Positions 39,451 to 53,000 of a stretch of 64,000 nucleotides of DNA are shown piece by piece. Source of the stretch: Candidatus Latescibacterota bacterium (lineage in GTDB: Bacteria; Latescibacterota; UBA2968; UBA8231). The stretch lies in assembly GCA_965197905.1 (NCBI GenBank), contig CBDAOB010000005.1:2613161-2677160 (forward strand). The letters run 5' to 3'. The first letter of the stretch is position 1. Every line of letters starts with the position of its first letter. The notes below the pieces were generated by a model that worked only from the letters and a program-made list of their open reading frames with translations, was not told the DNA's origin and searched no databases. The translations under genes were made by a program, and so were the position numbers.

Positions 39451-42400
39451 TTAGCACAGCAACAGAAGCTTGCGGGTTTGATCGAACCTGCCCGCCCTGA
39501 GACGCACCATGTACACGCCGCTGGCCGCCGATCGGCCACCATCGTCGAACCCGTCCCACTGCACAGAGTGGAATCCGGGTTCCCAGCCGTTCAAGTTCCA
39601 TGTTCGCATTCTCTGTCCGAGCACGTTGTATATACTCAGCTCGATATTGGGTTCCTCCGCGGAACTGGTCAAGGAGGGAACCGCGACCGGCAGGGTGGTG
39701 CTGGGATTGAACGGATTGGGATAGTTCGGATGTAACGCAAATGCGGTCGGGACTACTTTGGCAAATGCCAGTTGCTCCACTCTCCACGCGCGCCCTGCGC
39801 CGCGCCCTACGAGACCTTCTTCCACCACGAATTCCACGTTTCGCGGTGGTCCCTGGAGCCGGAAGAGCAGATCGACGCCAACGTCGTTGCCCAGCTCAAC
39901 GGCGGACTGCCGCCCTTTGACGTGGTCGGCAAAAGCGAAAACGCCGCCTTCCTCATGTACGAGATGGAGGCGCGTCTCGCGGCCACCCAATGCGAGCGCC
40001 GTGTCGACCGTTCCCACGTACTGCAGGATCGGAGGATCTGTTCGTACCGAAAACCCGTAACCCGTGAGTTTCGGCAGCTCGTGGAGGCGCAAACGCAAAG
40101 CCACCTGCCCATCATGGAACGCCTCCGCCCGCAGCTGAAGATTCGAACCTTTGGCGACTTCCGCCCCTTGAGAATTGGCCAGCTTGCTGGTGTTGGTTTC
40201 TCCGAACTTCTGCTTGAGAATGCCCAGATCGGAGGACCCGACTTGTCCGTCCCGATCCAGGTCGAGAATAGGATCTGCGCTGCCGAAACCGTTCGCCAGA
40301 ATGAAGAAATCCCCGAAGGACACGCGGCCGTCGCCGTTGAAATCCTCGAAGGTGAGAGCGGCTGACGCCTGATTGGGCCTCAACCGGACAGGCTCACTCC
40401 ACGGCCCCTCGAACTGCCCGTCGAAAACGCGGGCGCGCCACCAGTAGGAGCGCGTCCGCACCAGATCCTTGTCGACCCGCCAACGGGTGGAACCTCCGAA
40501 CCCTTCCGGGATATTCCCCTCCCTTGCGACGATGGTCGTGAAGTTCGAGCTCGTGGAGATGTGCACGGTGTAGGTCAGTTCCGCCCCGGCATCTACCGGA
40601 ACGGCGTTCTGGATCACGAGAATCGGCCGCTGCGGCTCAGCACCTTGCTCGAGGCCGAGAATCATCGGCGTGCCGGAGACCAGATCGACCGACGGCGTAC
40701 CTTCGGCAATCGAGCTCTGCTCGCTTTCGTTGGGAGGTGACTGGTTGTCGGAAGCGGAAATGCGGTAGCGATAGACCTGACCGTCCACCAGTCCCTGATC
40801 TAGGAACCGCGGTTCCGTAAGATTGGTGGCCACGGCTTCGAAGGTTCCGTTCTGCTCGCGGTAGACGCTGTATCCGGTGAGATCCTCCTCGGTGTTGGGC
40901 TCCCAAACCACCAGATTTGCCCCGGAACCCGGAAGCACGGAAACGGCGTCGGGAATCGCGGGAGGCTCCCCATCCGGATCGGATCTGGTAGCGAAGCTCA
41001 TCACGGCAGTTACCGTAGGTCCGTTGCCGGCGCGGTCCGATGAGCCAACTCGGTAATGATAAGTAGTATTGGGCTCGAGATTCGTCAGCAGCACCCTGTG
41101 TTGCACGTCGTCCACTGGGTCGCCGATTACGGAGCCCAGATAGGGAGACTCGTCGAAGTCGACATACGAGTCGGCGAGCTCGTCGGTGGTCCAGGTGATG
41201 GTGGCGCTTCGGTCGGTTATGGCGACTTCATGGGGACCGTCCACGATGCGCGGTGGCTCCAGATCGGGGCCGGAATCCGTCTGCGTGCGGACCAGAAACG
41301 GTTCCGGTGTCTCGTTCTGGCTGGCGTCGACGAAACTCATTCTAAACACGTACTCCGTATTTGCGGTCAGGTTGGTAATTGTGGTCTGCTGGACGTTTTG
41401 CCGCACAATGACCTCGTGAGTGAACAGCTCGCCCTCTGCGTCTTCGTACTCGATGGTGGCGGCAGCGGCCTCGTCCGTGCGCCACGCCAGCACTACTTCA
41501 TCATCGGTTTGCGCGACCACCCGCGGCTCTTCGACCAGTCTTGGCGGTGAGAAGTCGGTTTCCACGCCGGTAGATACGATCGCCTTGGAACTGGTAGCCG
41601 CTCCGTTCCCGGAAGGATCGGTGGATTCCGCCTGGAAGTGGTAGCGTTGGCCGGACGTCAGGTTGGTCAGGGTCACCACATGGCTTTGCACGTCCTGAGC
41701 GTTTCCAACGATCTGATCCAGCTCTTCGGTGGTGCCGAAACGGATGAAACTGTCGGCTACCTCGTCCGTTTCCCACGCTACCGTAAAGGAGTCGGCGGTT
41801 TTTTCAAGAATTCTAGGAGCGCCGGTTATAATCGGCAGCTGGGTGTCGGCGAAGCTGTCCGTGACGAAGAAACCGTCACCACCCGGCGGTTGCAGGATCT
41901 TGCCGGACCCTCCCTCTATCAGCTTTTGCAGAAACTGCGATTGCCCTCGTCGGGCGCGGTTGCCGGCACGGTCGCGACATTCGATGATGAAGTTGTATCC
42001 CGTTCGAGGACGGAGCTTGGTGAGACGCAGGCTGTGATCGGTCACGAACTCATTGCTGGACACCTGGCCGCGAATCAAACCTCTTCGCGAGAAACCGAAG
42101 AACCTAACTCGCGAGGTAGCGCGCTCATTGGTCTTCCAGCGTATGACGGCCGTCCGATTCGTCCAGTTGACCTTCATTCTCCCGATGTGGGGGGCTTGCG
42201 GTCCGGAAGAGACTGGGTCCGGAATCGCAGCTCGACGCTGTGCAGCTCGGTGCCAGCAGGATCGGAGCTCGCCAGATTTCCGGACAGGTCTGCGCTGGAG
42301 ACGACAGCCTCGTATTCGGTGCCTGGCTCCAGGTTCGGAATGACCATCCGATGCCTCTGGACCTGGGCCCCGTTTTCCAGGCGTCCGCTGCGCCCGCCGG

Positions 42401-45400
42401 CCTGTTCGGCCTCATCGGTGTCTACTACTTTGGCGGAGGGGCCCAGGGCGTTCCATTCCACGATCGACGAGGACGGTTCGTCCGTATCCCACACGACCGT
42501 TACGCCGTTGGGGGTCCGCGCCACGAAACGTGCCGGCGGCGAGGAGATGATCGCCGGTGGGGTCGTGTCCGGAATCGACTTCGTCTTGAAGCCGATCGGT
42601 CCGCTGCTGGTCTTGTTGCCAGCCACATCGGTGACCTCAACCGTCGCGCTGTATTCCCGATCCGGCTCCAAGGGTGAAAGGACCAGTCGGTGAGTGGTCC
42701 GAAAGTTTGGATCGACTGTGGTCCTGCTGTGGCCGTCCAGGACATAAGGCAGCGCAATGGCGGCGGGCTCGTCGGTGCTGGTCTCGATAACGGCGTCGCT
42801 GGTCGTGGTGGAGACGACGATGGGGCCGGTGTTTATATCGGGCGGATCGGCGTCCGGCCCCGGATTGGTGGTGACCGTAAAAGCTTCCGCCTGCTGCGCT
42901 GCGGCGATCTTTGCCGAAGCGAGAACGGGAAACAAGGTTGGGCCGTTGCCGGCGGCATCGACCACGCTTACCTGCACATGGTAGGTGGTTCCCGGCTTCA
43001 GTCCGACGACCCGGAACTTGTGATCCGATGTCAGCCCCGGCGAAACCAGATGACCTGACCCGGATGCGGAGGTGACTCCGTAGTCGACGGTGGCGGAGGT
43101 GGGTTCGTCGGTGCCGAAATCGAGCTCGAAGTTTTCGTGGGACAGACCTTCGACGATAGGTGGTCGCGTATAGACCGGCGCGATGATGTCGGGTGCTTCG
43201 AGGGTCGAGAACGTGAAATTCGTGCGCGTGCTCGAGTTGTCCGACGGATCTGTAGACCCCACGGAACCTGAGTAGGTGGTGTTCGTTTGCAGGTTAGTTG
43301 CCTCGATGGCATGCGCCGTCACATCCGCCGGATCCGTTAAGGTGAGCTCTTCGCCCTGCCGGGGTCGTAGCCGGACGTGGCTGTCCGCAACCTCGTTTGT
43401 CCTCCAGGTAATGGTTACGCGATCGTGCTTGCGGTCCGAGATGATCGGCAGTCCCAGAACCTCAGGCGCCACCACATCGGCCTCGGCTTCCGTAGTAAAC
43501 CGGCCCGTCGCTTGGGAGGAGCCGGAAACCACGTATTCGTACTCGGTCGCGGGGGTCAGGTTGGTCGCCAACAGGGAAGGTTCGTCATCTAGGTCGGAGA
43601 CCACGGTGACTCGATTATCTGGAGCGTCGACCGGATAGTAGGTCAAAGAGGCGTTTGTCGGCCGGTTGAAACGCACGAAAATGGTCGCCCGGTCGTGACT
43701 GACCTGCTGCGTGGCAGGGCCGGCCGTTATCTCGACCGGTGCCGCCGGCTCCCCGAGCGTCTTGAAGCTCAGAACCTCTGATACCGTGGCGTTGCGGTTG
43801 AGGTCGGAGGCCGTCACCTGGAAGAAGTATTCTGTCGCGGTCGTCAAGCCGGTGACATTGAAGCTCTGCTGCTTCTGGCGCACGGTCGTGCTGAAGGGCG
43901 CCAGCGGATCGCTCAAATTGCCGTTGGTGCTTATGACGACGAGACCGTCCGCCGGCTCATCCGCTTCCCAGCGTATCCTTGCGCGGTCGATTCCGATGTC
44001 GTTGGCAGCCGGCAACAGAGTAAACACCGGACCCTCCACGTCGGGCGTTCCCCTGGTGGTGAAGGTGACCGTTTTGGGTGGAGCGACGTTGCCAGCAGCA
44101 TCCTTCGCCACCAGCTCCACCTGGTAGGTCGTCCCGGACTCGAGCCGGGTCAGGTTCACCCTCTTTTTCCGCTTGCGCTCGGTCAGGGCCACCTGATCCC
44201 TCCCAGGATTCGCCGTCGTGCCATAGGTCGCGGTCAACTCAACCGGCTCGTTGTAATCGACGGCAATCGTCACGCCCGATTCCGAAAGGCCTTGGAGATC
44301 AGGTCCTATTTCTACCAGCGGTAGATTCTCATCCAACGCGGTCGTGGTCTCGAACCCCGTACTGCCCTCTGCCACGTTCCCCTGTGGATCCCGTAGGGTC
44401 ACATGCCCGGCGTACCTGGTGCCAAGGGTCAACCGGGTGACCTCCACCCGGTGCTCTGTTGCAAGATCGGTAAACTCGATGCGCCTTGTTTCGCCGGCGG
44501 CGAGGACCTTGGCATTCAGCTCCGGCGTGACCTCGAGGGTTCCAGTAGTCGGCTCGTTGGAGCGGACCAGCATCGTCGCTCGATCGGTGCCGATGCCCTC
44601 GGCGAAAAATTCCTCGATTTCGGGAGGCGTCTGATCACGCCCATCAAGAGTGCGGAATTGACCACGAAACGGGGGCGTACTGTTTTGAAAACGATCTTGG
44701 ACCTGTACTTCGAAGAAGTGGGTAGTGCCGGGATCCAGGTTGGAGAAACGCACGGAATGGCTCGATCTCAGGTCCAGGCTTTCCCCCTGAATCGCCTCCG
44801 ACAGATCGCTCCGTTGCGACAGCAGCACCCTCATCCGGGTGGGCTCGTCGGTCTCGGCGGTGATGGTCGCTTCGTCGTCGGCCAAACCGACGGCAGCCGG
44901 ACCCGCAGCGAATCGGGCGGGATCGGTATCGGGCCCATCCCTGGTGACGATTTCGATCGGATCGGAAGAGCGCTCGTTACCACTCAAGTCCCGAATGAAG
45001 ACGCGCAGAAAGTAGCTCGTACTTGCGCTGAGTCCCGAGAGGGTGATTGCGTGCACCGTGCTCGTTTGGGTGCCGGAGGCGAACAGCCCGTCGCTGAGAT
45101 CCTGGTCGGTATCGTAGCGGATCCAGGATGTGGTGAGTTCATCCGATGAGAATTCGAAGATCGCGCCGACATCGCTCAAGCCCCGAAAAGCGGGTCCCGC
45201 CGTGAAGCTGGGCAAGATAAGGTCGGCTACCGCGTCCGTGGTGAACGCCCCCGAGCGAATCTCGGAACGAAGACCGACCCCATCCTCCGATTGCGCTTCG
45301 AATTCGTAGGTGGTCGCGGGATCCAGACCGGCAATCTGCAGGGCGGGATTTTCATCGAGCTGGTCCGACCGTACCTCCTCGAACTGCTGCATAGTAGCGC

Positions 45401-48400
45401 CCGCCTTTGCCGCAACCGCCGGCCGATAGCGCACGACGTTCTTGGTCGGTTCGCTCATCTTCCAGCGCACGACGGCGCCGTCATCGGTGATGCCCTCGAC
45501 GAAGGGATCGATTACAAACGCCGGCGGAGTCGTATCGGGTGCCAGGAGGGTCAGGGTGGTTCCCTCGAACGGCTCGGTCGTGTTTCCGGCAGCGTCCCGG
45601 GAGGTGAGCGAGTAGCGGTATTGCGTCGCCGGGCTCAGTCCGCCCACCGTGACCTCATGGTCTAAGACGAGATCCGCAACAATCTCGCCAAACTCCTCGG
45701 TGGATCCCGGGCTTGCGTCCATCAGGTTGACGACGCTGTTGGAGCGCTCATTGGTGCGCCAGGAGAAGGTGACGAAATCGGCTCCCGGGCCCGTCTGGAC
45801 GAAGGAGATTTCCGGCGCTTTCCGATCGGCCTCGGTCTCGAAGGTGGCCGAATACTCGGCCGTCAGGCCATCTGGATCCGTTGCCACCATGCGCACGGTA
45901 TAGGAGGTTCCCGGATCCAGCCCGCGGGCGTTATAAACGGGCGCGCTCGCACCCGCTGCGACCTGCTGAGGAGCTTGCCCGGTAATGCCAAGAAAGATAT
46001 CGAAGGTCAGTGGGTCGCCATCTACATCGCCGGCCGCCCCGGTGATCTGCGGATTCAGGCGAACCTCGGTTGCCCCGTCCAAAGGAAATTCCGCGGCGAT
46101 CGTCGGAGGATCGTTCACCGGAGTCCATTCGAGGGTGATGGTCTGGGTAGCGGCTGAGCCGGTGGCGGGATCCGTAAGGGTAATGGTCGCCGGCGTGCTG
46201 CCGAACTGGTCCTTCACCGGAGTAAATATGAGGCTGCCGACGGCGACGTTGGACACCAACCCGCTGTTGTAGTCAATGGCGTTGAATACCAGGGTGGTCT
46301 CATCCCCATCCAAGTCCTTGCCGTGCCCCGCAGTCACCAGTGTGAGCGGAGTATCTTCCGTAGTCACATGGTTTGCGTCGAACGGGGGATCGATCTGCGG
46401 AGGATCATCGACACTGGTGACGGTCAGGGATACCGCTGCCACGTTGCTGTCGGAGGTGCCGTCATTCACCTTGAAGGTAAAACTGTCGGCGCCGTGGAAA
46501 TTCGGGTTGGGCGTGTAGGTGACGTTGGGCGGGGCTCCCGTCAGGGTGCCGTTGGTCGGGTTGGTCACGATCGTATATGAAACCGCAGCCCCCTCGGGAT
46601 CGGCTCCCTTCAACACAACCGCCACGGCCACATCCTCCGCCGTTTCCACGTTTTGCGGATCGGCCGTGGGCGGCTTGTTGATCTGGATCGACACGGAAGC
46701 CTGGCTCTGCCCCCCCGGCCCGGCCACGAACGCAGTTGCGGTACCAGAATCGTCGTACTTTGCAGTCATCGTGTAGGTGATGGAGGTGGTCAGGGCGTGG
46801 CTCCTGTCCAGCTTTTGACCGGTGGCATCGTTCGACTCGACAAAGGTGGTCTGCGAATACCCGGTCACCTGTACCGTGAGTGTGACCATGACGCCCGGGG
46901 TGCCGGAGGAAGGGCTCGCCGAGATCGAGACCTGAGGAGCAGCCGGGGCGTGGATCGTCAGTGTCTTAGAAGCACTGCCCGAATATACCGCGTCACTGAT
47001 GCTGGCAGTAACACCGTAGACACCTGGTGCCGTCGGTGGTCCACCGATGCCCTGATTGTTCTGTGTATAGGTGTAGATGAATGCGACACTGATCGCTTGA
47101 CCGTTGAACGTGGCAGTGGCTCCGCTGGCCGCAATCGGCGAGCCGGTAAATCCGGCCGATTGCTCCGGCAGTGTAACGGTCGCTTCGGGGACATCGATGG
47201 TTACCTTGTTAGCCGAGCTGGCGATGACCGCGGAGCCAAAGCCACCGGCGCTGGTAACGAGAAATCCCGCCGCCGCCCCGACGGTAAATGACCTGCCGTC
47301 GTCGGGGATTCCACTCCCGATACAGACCACGGCAATGTAGAAGATCTCCGTGGTGGGTATGGTCTCCGTCGCCGAAGGCATAATTGCACTTGGACTGTCT
47401 ACGGCGGCGACAGCCGAGCCAATCAAGCCATCATCCGAGCTGAAGGTGTTGTCGGTGCTTTTGTATAGTTCGATTCTTACCAGGTGAGTGGAGAGAATCG
47501 GATTGGGTGTGGAGCCGCTGATGGTAATCGCGAAAGAGGTGAGGGTCGTGGCCCCATCGCCGGTTACCCCGACAGCCATCACCTGAACCTTGTCGCCCGG
47601 GAATTTGGTTATGGTGCCGGCAAGCCCCGTTGCCGCGGTGCTTTCTGAAATGGTCACGAAGGTGACTTTGCGCAGCCGATCGTTCGCGTTGTCAGCGATG
47701 AACATGGCGATCTCGACGCCGTTGGATGTGGTGCAGTACAACCCCTGCGGATCCGCCAAATTACCAAGGAGGGCATCAAGGGCGTCTAGGTAAGTCCAAC
47801 CCGATGAACCCGAGAACGTGAACTGGCCGGCGACTCTCGAGATGATGCCGGCAAAGATGAACTTCCGCACGACGTTATTGTAAGAATCCGAAACAGCGAT
47901 CGTCGAACCGGTGCCGGTTACGAAAACACCGCCCGGCATTTGCAGCTCAGCCGCCGTCGCCAGCCCACCATCTCCAGAAAATGCGCCCACACCTGTACCG
48001 GCTGCCGTGGTGATGAAACCGGTCCCGAAATCATATCGACGAATGCGGTTGTTCCCCTGATCGGCGATATACAAATAGGTGTCGGAATCATCCACCTCCA
48101 CATCGTACGGATCGCTCAGGGTGGCCGAGGTCGCCGCGCCGCCGTCGCCGGAGAAGCTGCCATTGCCAAATCCGGTGGCGCCGCTTCCAATTATGGTGGT
48201 TATGATGCCGGAGACAAGGTCGATCTTGCGGATGCGATGGTTGTTGGTGTCGGCGAAATAGAGATTCGTGCCGATAACGATGAGTCCTCGCGGATCGTCG
48301 ACGTTGGCTGACGTGGCCGCACCCCCAACTCCGGCGAATCCAGAAGTACCTGTACCGCCGATGGTGGTGATGATGCCCGTGCTCAGGTCGACCTTCCTGA

Positions 48401-49871
48401 TCCGGTAATTCCCAGAGTCGGAGATATACAATGCGGTGGAGGTCAGAAATATGCCCTTCGGGTTGCAGATGGCGGCGCTGGTCGCCTGCCCACCGTCCCC
48501 GCTAAACGCACCACTTCCATTCCCGGCGACGGTGGAGATGAGCCTGGTCACAGCGTCAACCTTGCGAATGCGATGATTCTGATCGTCGGCGATGAACTGG
48601 TTGCCTGACGCATCCAGCCACACGTCCTTGGGGTTAGATAGGACTGCGTTTGTGGCCAGCAGTCCGTCACCGACCCCGCCGCCGGCAACGGTGCTTATGA
48701 GTCCACTGCCGTTGTCTATCTTGCGAATGCGGCCGTTCGAAGAATCTGCGATGAAGACGTTGCCCGACCCATCCACAAACACGCCGCCCGGGAACGCTAT
48801 GGCGGCAGCCGTAGCAGCAATGCCGTCGCCGTTGTAGAAAGCCGAGCCGATACCGGCGATGGTGCTTATGAACCCCGTGCCGACATCTACTTTTCTAATG
48901 TAGTTGCTGCCATCGACGCCGATCCAGAAGTCGCCGGCGTTATTGGCAAAGATTCCCACCGGACCGCTCATGTTGGCCGAGGTCGCTGCTCCGCCGTCGC
49001 CGCTATGCCCACCGGTTCCGGTTCCAGCCACCGTGTTGATGGTGCCACCGGTTACTTTTCGAATGCGGTTGTTGCTCGTATCTGCTATATAGATGTTCCC
49101 CGATGAGTCAACCCACAAACCTTCCGGACTGTCGAGGGTGGCGCTGGTGGCGGCACCCGCATCGCCAGAAAAGGAGCCGTTGCCCAATCCGGTGGCGCCG
49201 CTGCCAGCCACCGTCGTGATAATACCGGTTCCCGCATCGACCTTGCGAATGCGGTGGTTGTTTCGATCGGCGATGTAGAGATCGCCCGTCGAAGTCACCC
49301 GAACATCCATCGGATTGTCGAGGGTGGCACTTGTCGCCGCCCCACCGTCACCCGTGAAACCGGATGAGCCCCCAGTTCCGGCAACTACATTGATTATGCC
49401 CGTCGTTGCGTCTACCTTGCGCACGACATGAGCAAATCTTTCAGTGAGATAGATATTTCCGGCCGCATCGACATCGACGCCGTAGGGATTTGATAGAAAT
49501 GTGTCTGTTGCCGGAACGCCGTCGAGGGAGTTAGCAGTTAGGCTCCCGGCCACCGTCCTGATGATGCCGGTGCTTACTGTGACTTTGCGGATCAGGCCAT
49601 TGAAAACATCGGCTATGAAAATATCTCCAGATGCGTCGACAATTACCCGGCGAGGAAAACTCAGGCTGGCGTTGGTCGCCTGGGCGTTGTCGCCGACCCC
49701 ACCACCGGCGACGGTCGATAGCTCGTACGGCTGTGACCCAGCAGGTTTGATTGCGGAAGAGCAAAGTAGAACGATCGCGGCCAGCAGACCAGCGCTCGAT
49801 ATCGATCCCGTGCCGCTGTGTCTTTTGTGCGACATTGGTCGAAACATCGTGGCCCCGCGTGTTTCCATCAT
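39451..49871 (-). CDS. Giant (~3,470 aa) secreted protein: NHL propellers, MBG/Ig/cadherin-like domains, 16 FN3-like repeats, dockerin, cohesin-like domain, FlgD-Ig/T9SS CTD; -1 frameshift at G6 42189-42194
   Basis: ORFs 42174..49871 and 39451..42177 join when one C is added (DRKPP-HIGR-MKVNW), matching the intact paralog (DETPPMFRPRPNLVW). NHL repeats IADxxNHRIRKVD; CTD NYPNPFNPSTT...SGVY...RKLLL. Confidence 0.85.
47650..49730 (-). repeat. NHL repeat array (~12 units of ~56 aa, probably two six-bladed propellers)
   Basis: Repeating ITTVAG.G..GFSGDGGAATSA.L..P..V.VD..GN.YIAD..N.RIRKVD. Confidence 0.85.
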
Positions 49872-50048
49872 CTCGACGCCTGTATTGCAGTCATGCTGTC
49901 TGGAGCGATCTCCTAACCAGAGCGATTTCCTATTGCTCCGGGTCGTTATTTATGCGCAACAAGATACGAAACGGAGGCAAACGTTCCAACAGAAATAGTG
50001 GCGGTTTTGACTTTACCCGACCCACTGAAGTATTGAGCCACATTGCAG

Positions 50049-53000
50049 TTACCTCACCAACAGCATCTTGCCGGTCTGCTCGAAGCCGCTGGCCTCCAAC
50101 TTCATGAAGTAGACTCCGCTGCCGCTGCTGCGGCCGGCATCGTCTTCGCCATCCCAGGTGACGGCGTGGAACCCCGCTTCGCGCTGATCGAGCTTCCATG
50201 TTCTCACCGGTTGGCCCAAGATGTTATAAAGCACCAGCGACGCGGACCCCGCCATTCCCGGAGGAATCGCCAGCGGAATCGTGGTCGACGGATTGAACGG
50301 ATTCGGGTAGTTGGGGAAAAGTGCATAGCTGCGCGGCAACACCCGCGCCGTGCCCAGCTCGGCGACGCTCCAGGCACGGCCGGCCCCCTTGCTGACGTAG
50401 GCTTCGTAGAGCTGCAATTCGATGTTGCGCGGTGCCCCTTTCATCTCGAACAGCAGATCCACGCCCAGCTCGTCTTCTATGCTCACGCCGGGTTGGCGGC
50501 CCTGCACATGCTCGGCGAACACGAACAGGTCACCCATCTCATGGTCAAGCTGCAATGCGGCTTGCGGGCCACCCAGATAAGCCACCGAATCCACCCTGCT
50601 GCGGAAAGCCAGGATCGGCGGATCCGCGCGCACCCCCAACCCGTATCCCAACAGCTGGGGCACCCCTGTGAGCCGCAGTCGCACCACCACGTGCCTGCCC
50701 ATCGCATCCGCCGCCACCTTCATATGCGAATCCTCGGCCACCTCCATCTTCTGGGTAAACATGAGCTTCCTCGCGGCTCGTTCCCCGAAGCTCGTCTTCA
50801 GCAAGGCGAGATCACCCTGCCCGACCCGGCCGTTCCGGTCCAGATCGAGGGTCGGGTCGGCGCTCCCGAAACCACTGGCAAAAATGAAGAAATCGGCAAA
50901 GGAAACATTGCCGTCGCCGTTGAAGTCGCGGGAGGCCAGCGCCGGAACCGTCGCCTGGCGGGGACGCAGTCGCAACGGCTCGCTCCACGGTCCGGTAAAA
51001 CGGCCGTCGGTGGCCCGCACCCGCCACCAGTAGAAGCGGCTGGTGACCAGCTCGCGACTCACCCGCCAGCGGGTCAGTCCGAACCCTTCGTCGATATTGC
51101 CGCCGCGGCCAACCACATCGGCGAACGCGGAGCTGGTGGAGATCTGCACGGTGTAGGTCAACGGCTCTCCCATCTCCACCGATTCAGCGTTCTGGATGAC
51201 CAGGATCGGGCGACTGGCGGTAGCTCCCTGCTCCAACCCGAGAATTGCGGGCGCCCTGGGGACGTTGTCGGGATCAGGCGTCCCGGATGAGATCTCACTG
51301 GCCAGGCTTTCGTTCGGAACCGCCTCGCGATCCACCGCCGTAACCTGGTAGCGATAGAGCCGACCGTCTTCAAGGCCTTGATCAAGGAATCGGTTTTCTT
51401 GCACCTGGGTAGCGATGGGGGCGAACGAACCGTCGTCGTCGCGGTAGATCGTATAACCGCCCAGATCCGCCTCGCCGTTCATCGTCCATTCCAGCAGGTT
51501 CTCGCCGCTCCCGGGGAATACCACCAGACCCTCGGGCGCCAGCGGCGGGGTTTGGTCCGGTTCCCCCAAGGTGGTGAAGGTGGAAACAGAGCTCAGGACC
51601 GGACCGTTCTCCGAGCGATCCGTGGAGCCCACCCTGTAGTAGTAGGTGGTAGAAGGGTCCAGATTGGTGATGATCACGCGATGGTCCAAGCGATCCGAGA
51701 GACTGCCGACAACCGTGCCCAGATACGGCGACGGGCCCAATTCCACATGGGAATCAGCCAGCTCATCCGTCCTCCAGGTCAACGTGGCACTCTGATCGGT
51801 CAAGGCGACCATATCGGGTCCACTTAGGATCCGCGGCAGCTCGAGATCCGGCCCCCGGTCGGTAACGAGGCGCAGGACGAACGGATCCTGGGTCTCGTTG
51901 CGGCTGGCATCGCTGACGAAGATGCGCAGGGCGTATTCGGTGTCCGCCTGCAGGTGATTGAGAACGACCTGCTGATCCGCACGACGCTGATCCACCTGGC
52001 TGGTCAGGGTTTCACCGCCGCTTTCGTACTCGATGCGGGCGGCGGCGGCTTCGTCCGTATGCCAGCCGACAACCACTTCCGCGTCGGTGCGCGCCACAAC
52101 CTGAGGCTCGCTCTCGAAGCGGGGCGGCGACAGGTCGACCTCCGCCGCAGTGGCGGCGATAGCGAGGGGACTCAACGATGGTCCATTGTCCGACGGATCG
52201 GTCGACTCGACCCGGTAGAAACACTTCTGACCGGGGACCAGGTTGGTCAGGGTAACCCGGTGCTGTCGCACGTCGCGAGCCGAGCCCACCGAGCGATCGA
52301 CGGCTTCCGTAGAGCCGAAACGGACGAAACTGTCCGCAAGCTCATCGGTTTCCCACATGATGGTCAAGCTCTGGTTGGTGCGCTCGCTGATCCACGGTCC
52401 GGCAGTGATCGCCGGTGCCGTCATGTCCGGATTCACCTCGGTAACGAAGATGCCCTCTCCTCCCGATACCTGCAGCAGTTTCGCGGCCGCCTCCGTTAGC
52501 GGCTTGTTCAGAACCCGGGAGGCGCCCGCGATCGCGACGTTTCCAGCTTGATCGACGGAGGTGATGCGGAACTGGTAATAGCTGCGCGGCACTAGATTCG
52601 TAAGAGTTATGCTGTGGTTCTGCGCCAGCGCGTTGATCTCCTCGAACTGCGGCTGCTCGTTCTGCGATACCCTGATGTAGTCCACTCTCGAGGTTGCCGG
52701 CTCGTCGGTGCCCCAGAAAATGACCGCTGTTTGATTGGTCCAGACGAGATTTGGCCGCGGCCTGAACATGGGTGGGGTTTCGTCCGGTTCGGCCAGGGTG
52801 GTAAAGGCATGGTCGACGCTGTGCAGCTCGGTGCCTGCCGGATCGGTGCTAAACTCGTTGCCCGCCAGGTCGCGGCCACTGACCTTGAAGTGGTAGGTAG
52901 TGCTGCGATTCAGGTTGGACACGGTGAACGAGTGCTGCTGCTGCAACCCGCCGCGGTCGATATGCACCCCGTACTGGGCGTTCAGACCGTAGTCGATGAT

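Noticed and set aside
47650..49730. CRISPR-like periodicity in the NHL region (also the 42 bp fibre repeats and the 32455-32552 triplets)
   Set aside because: Degenerate in-frame protein repeats, not identical direct repeats with unique spacers.
50043..51290. 415 aa + strand ORF and the many other antisense ORFs over the giant and RND genes
   Set aside because: Shadows of clearly coding minus-strand genes.
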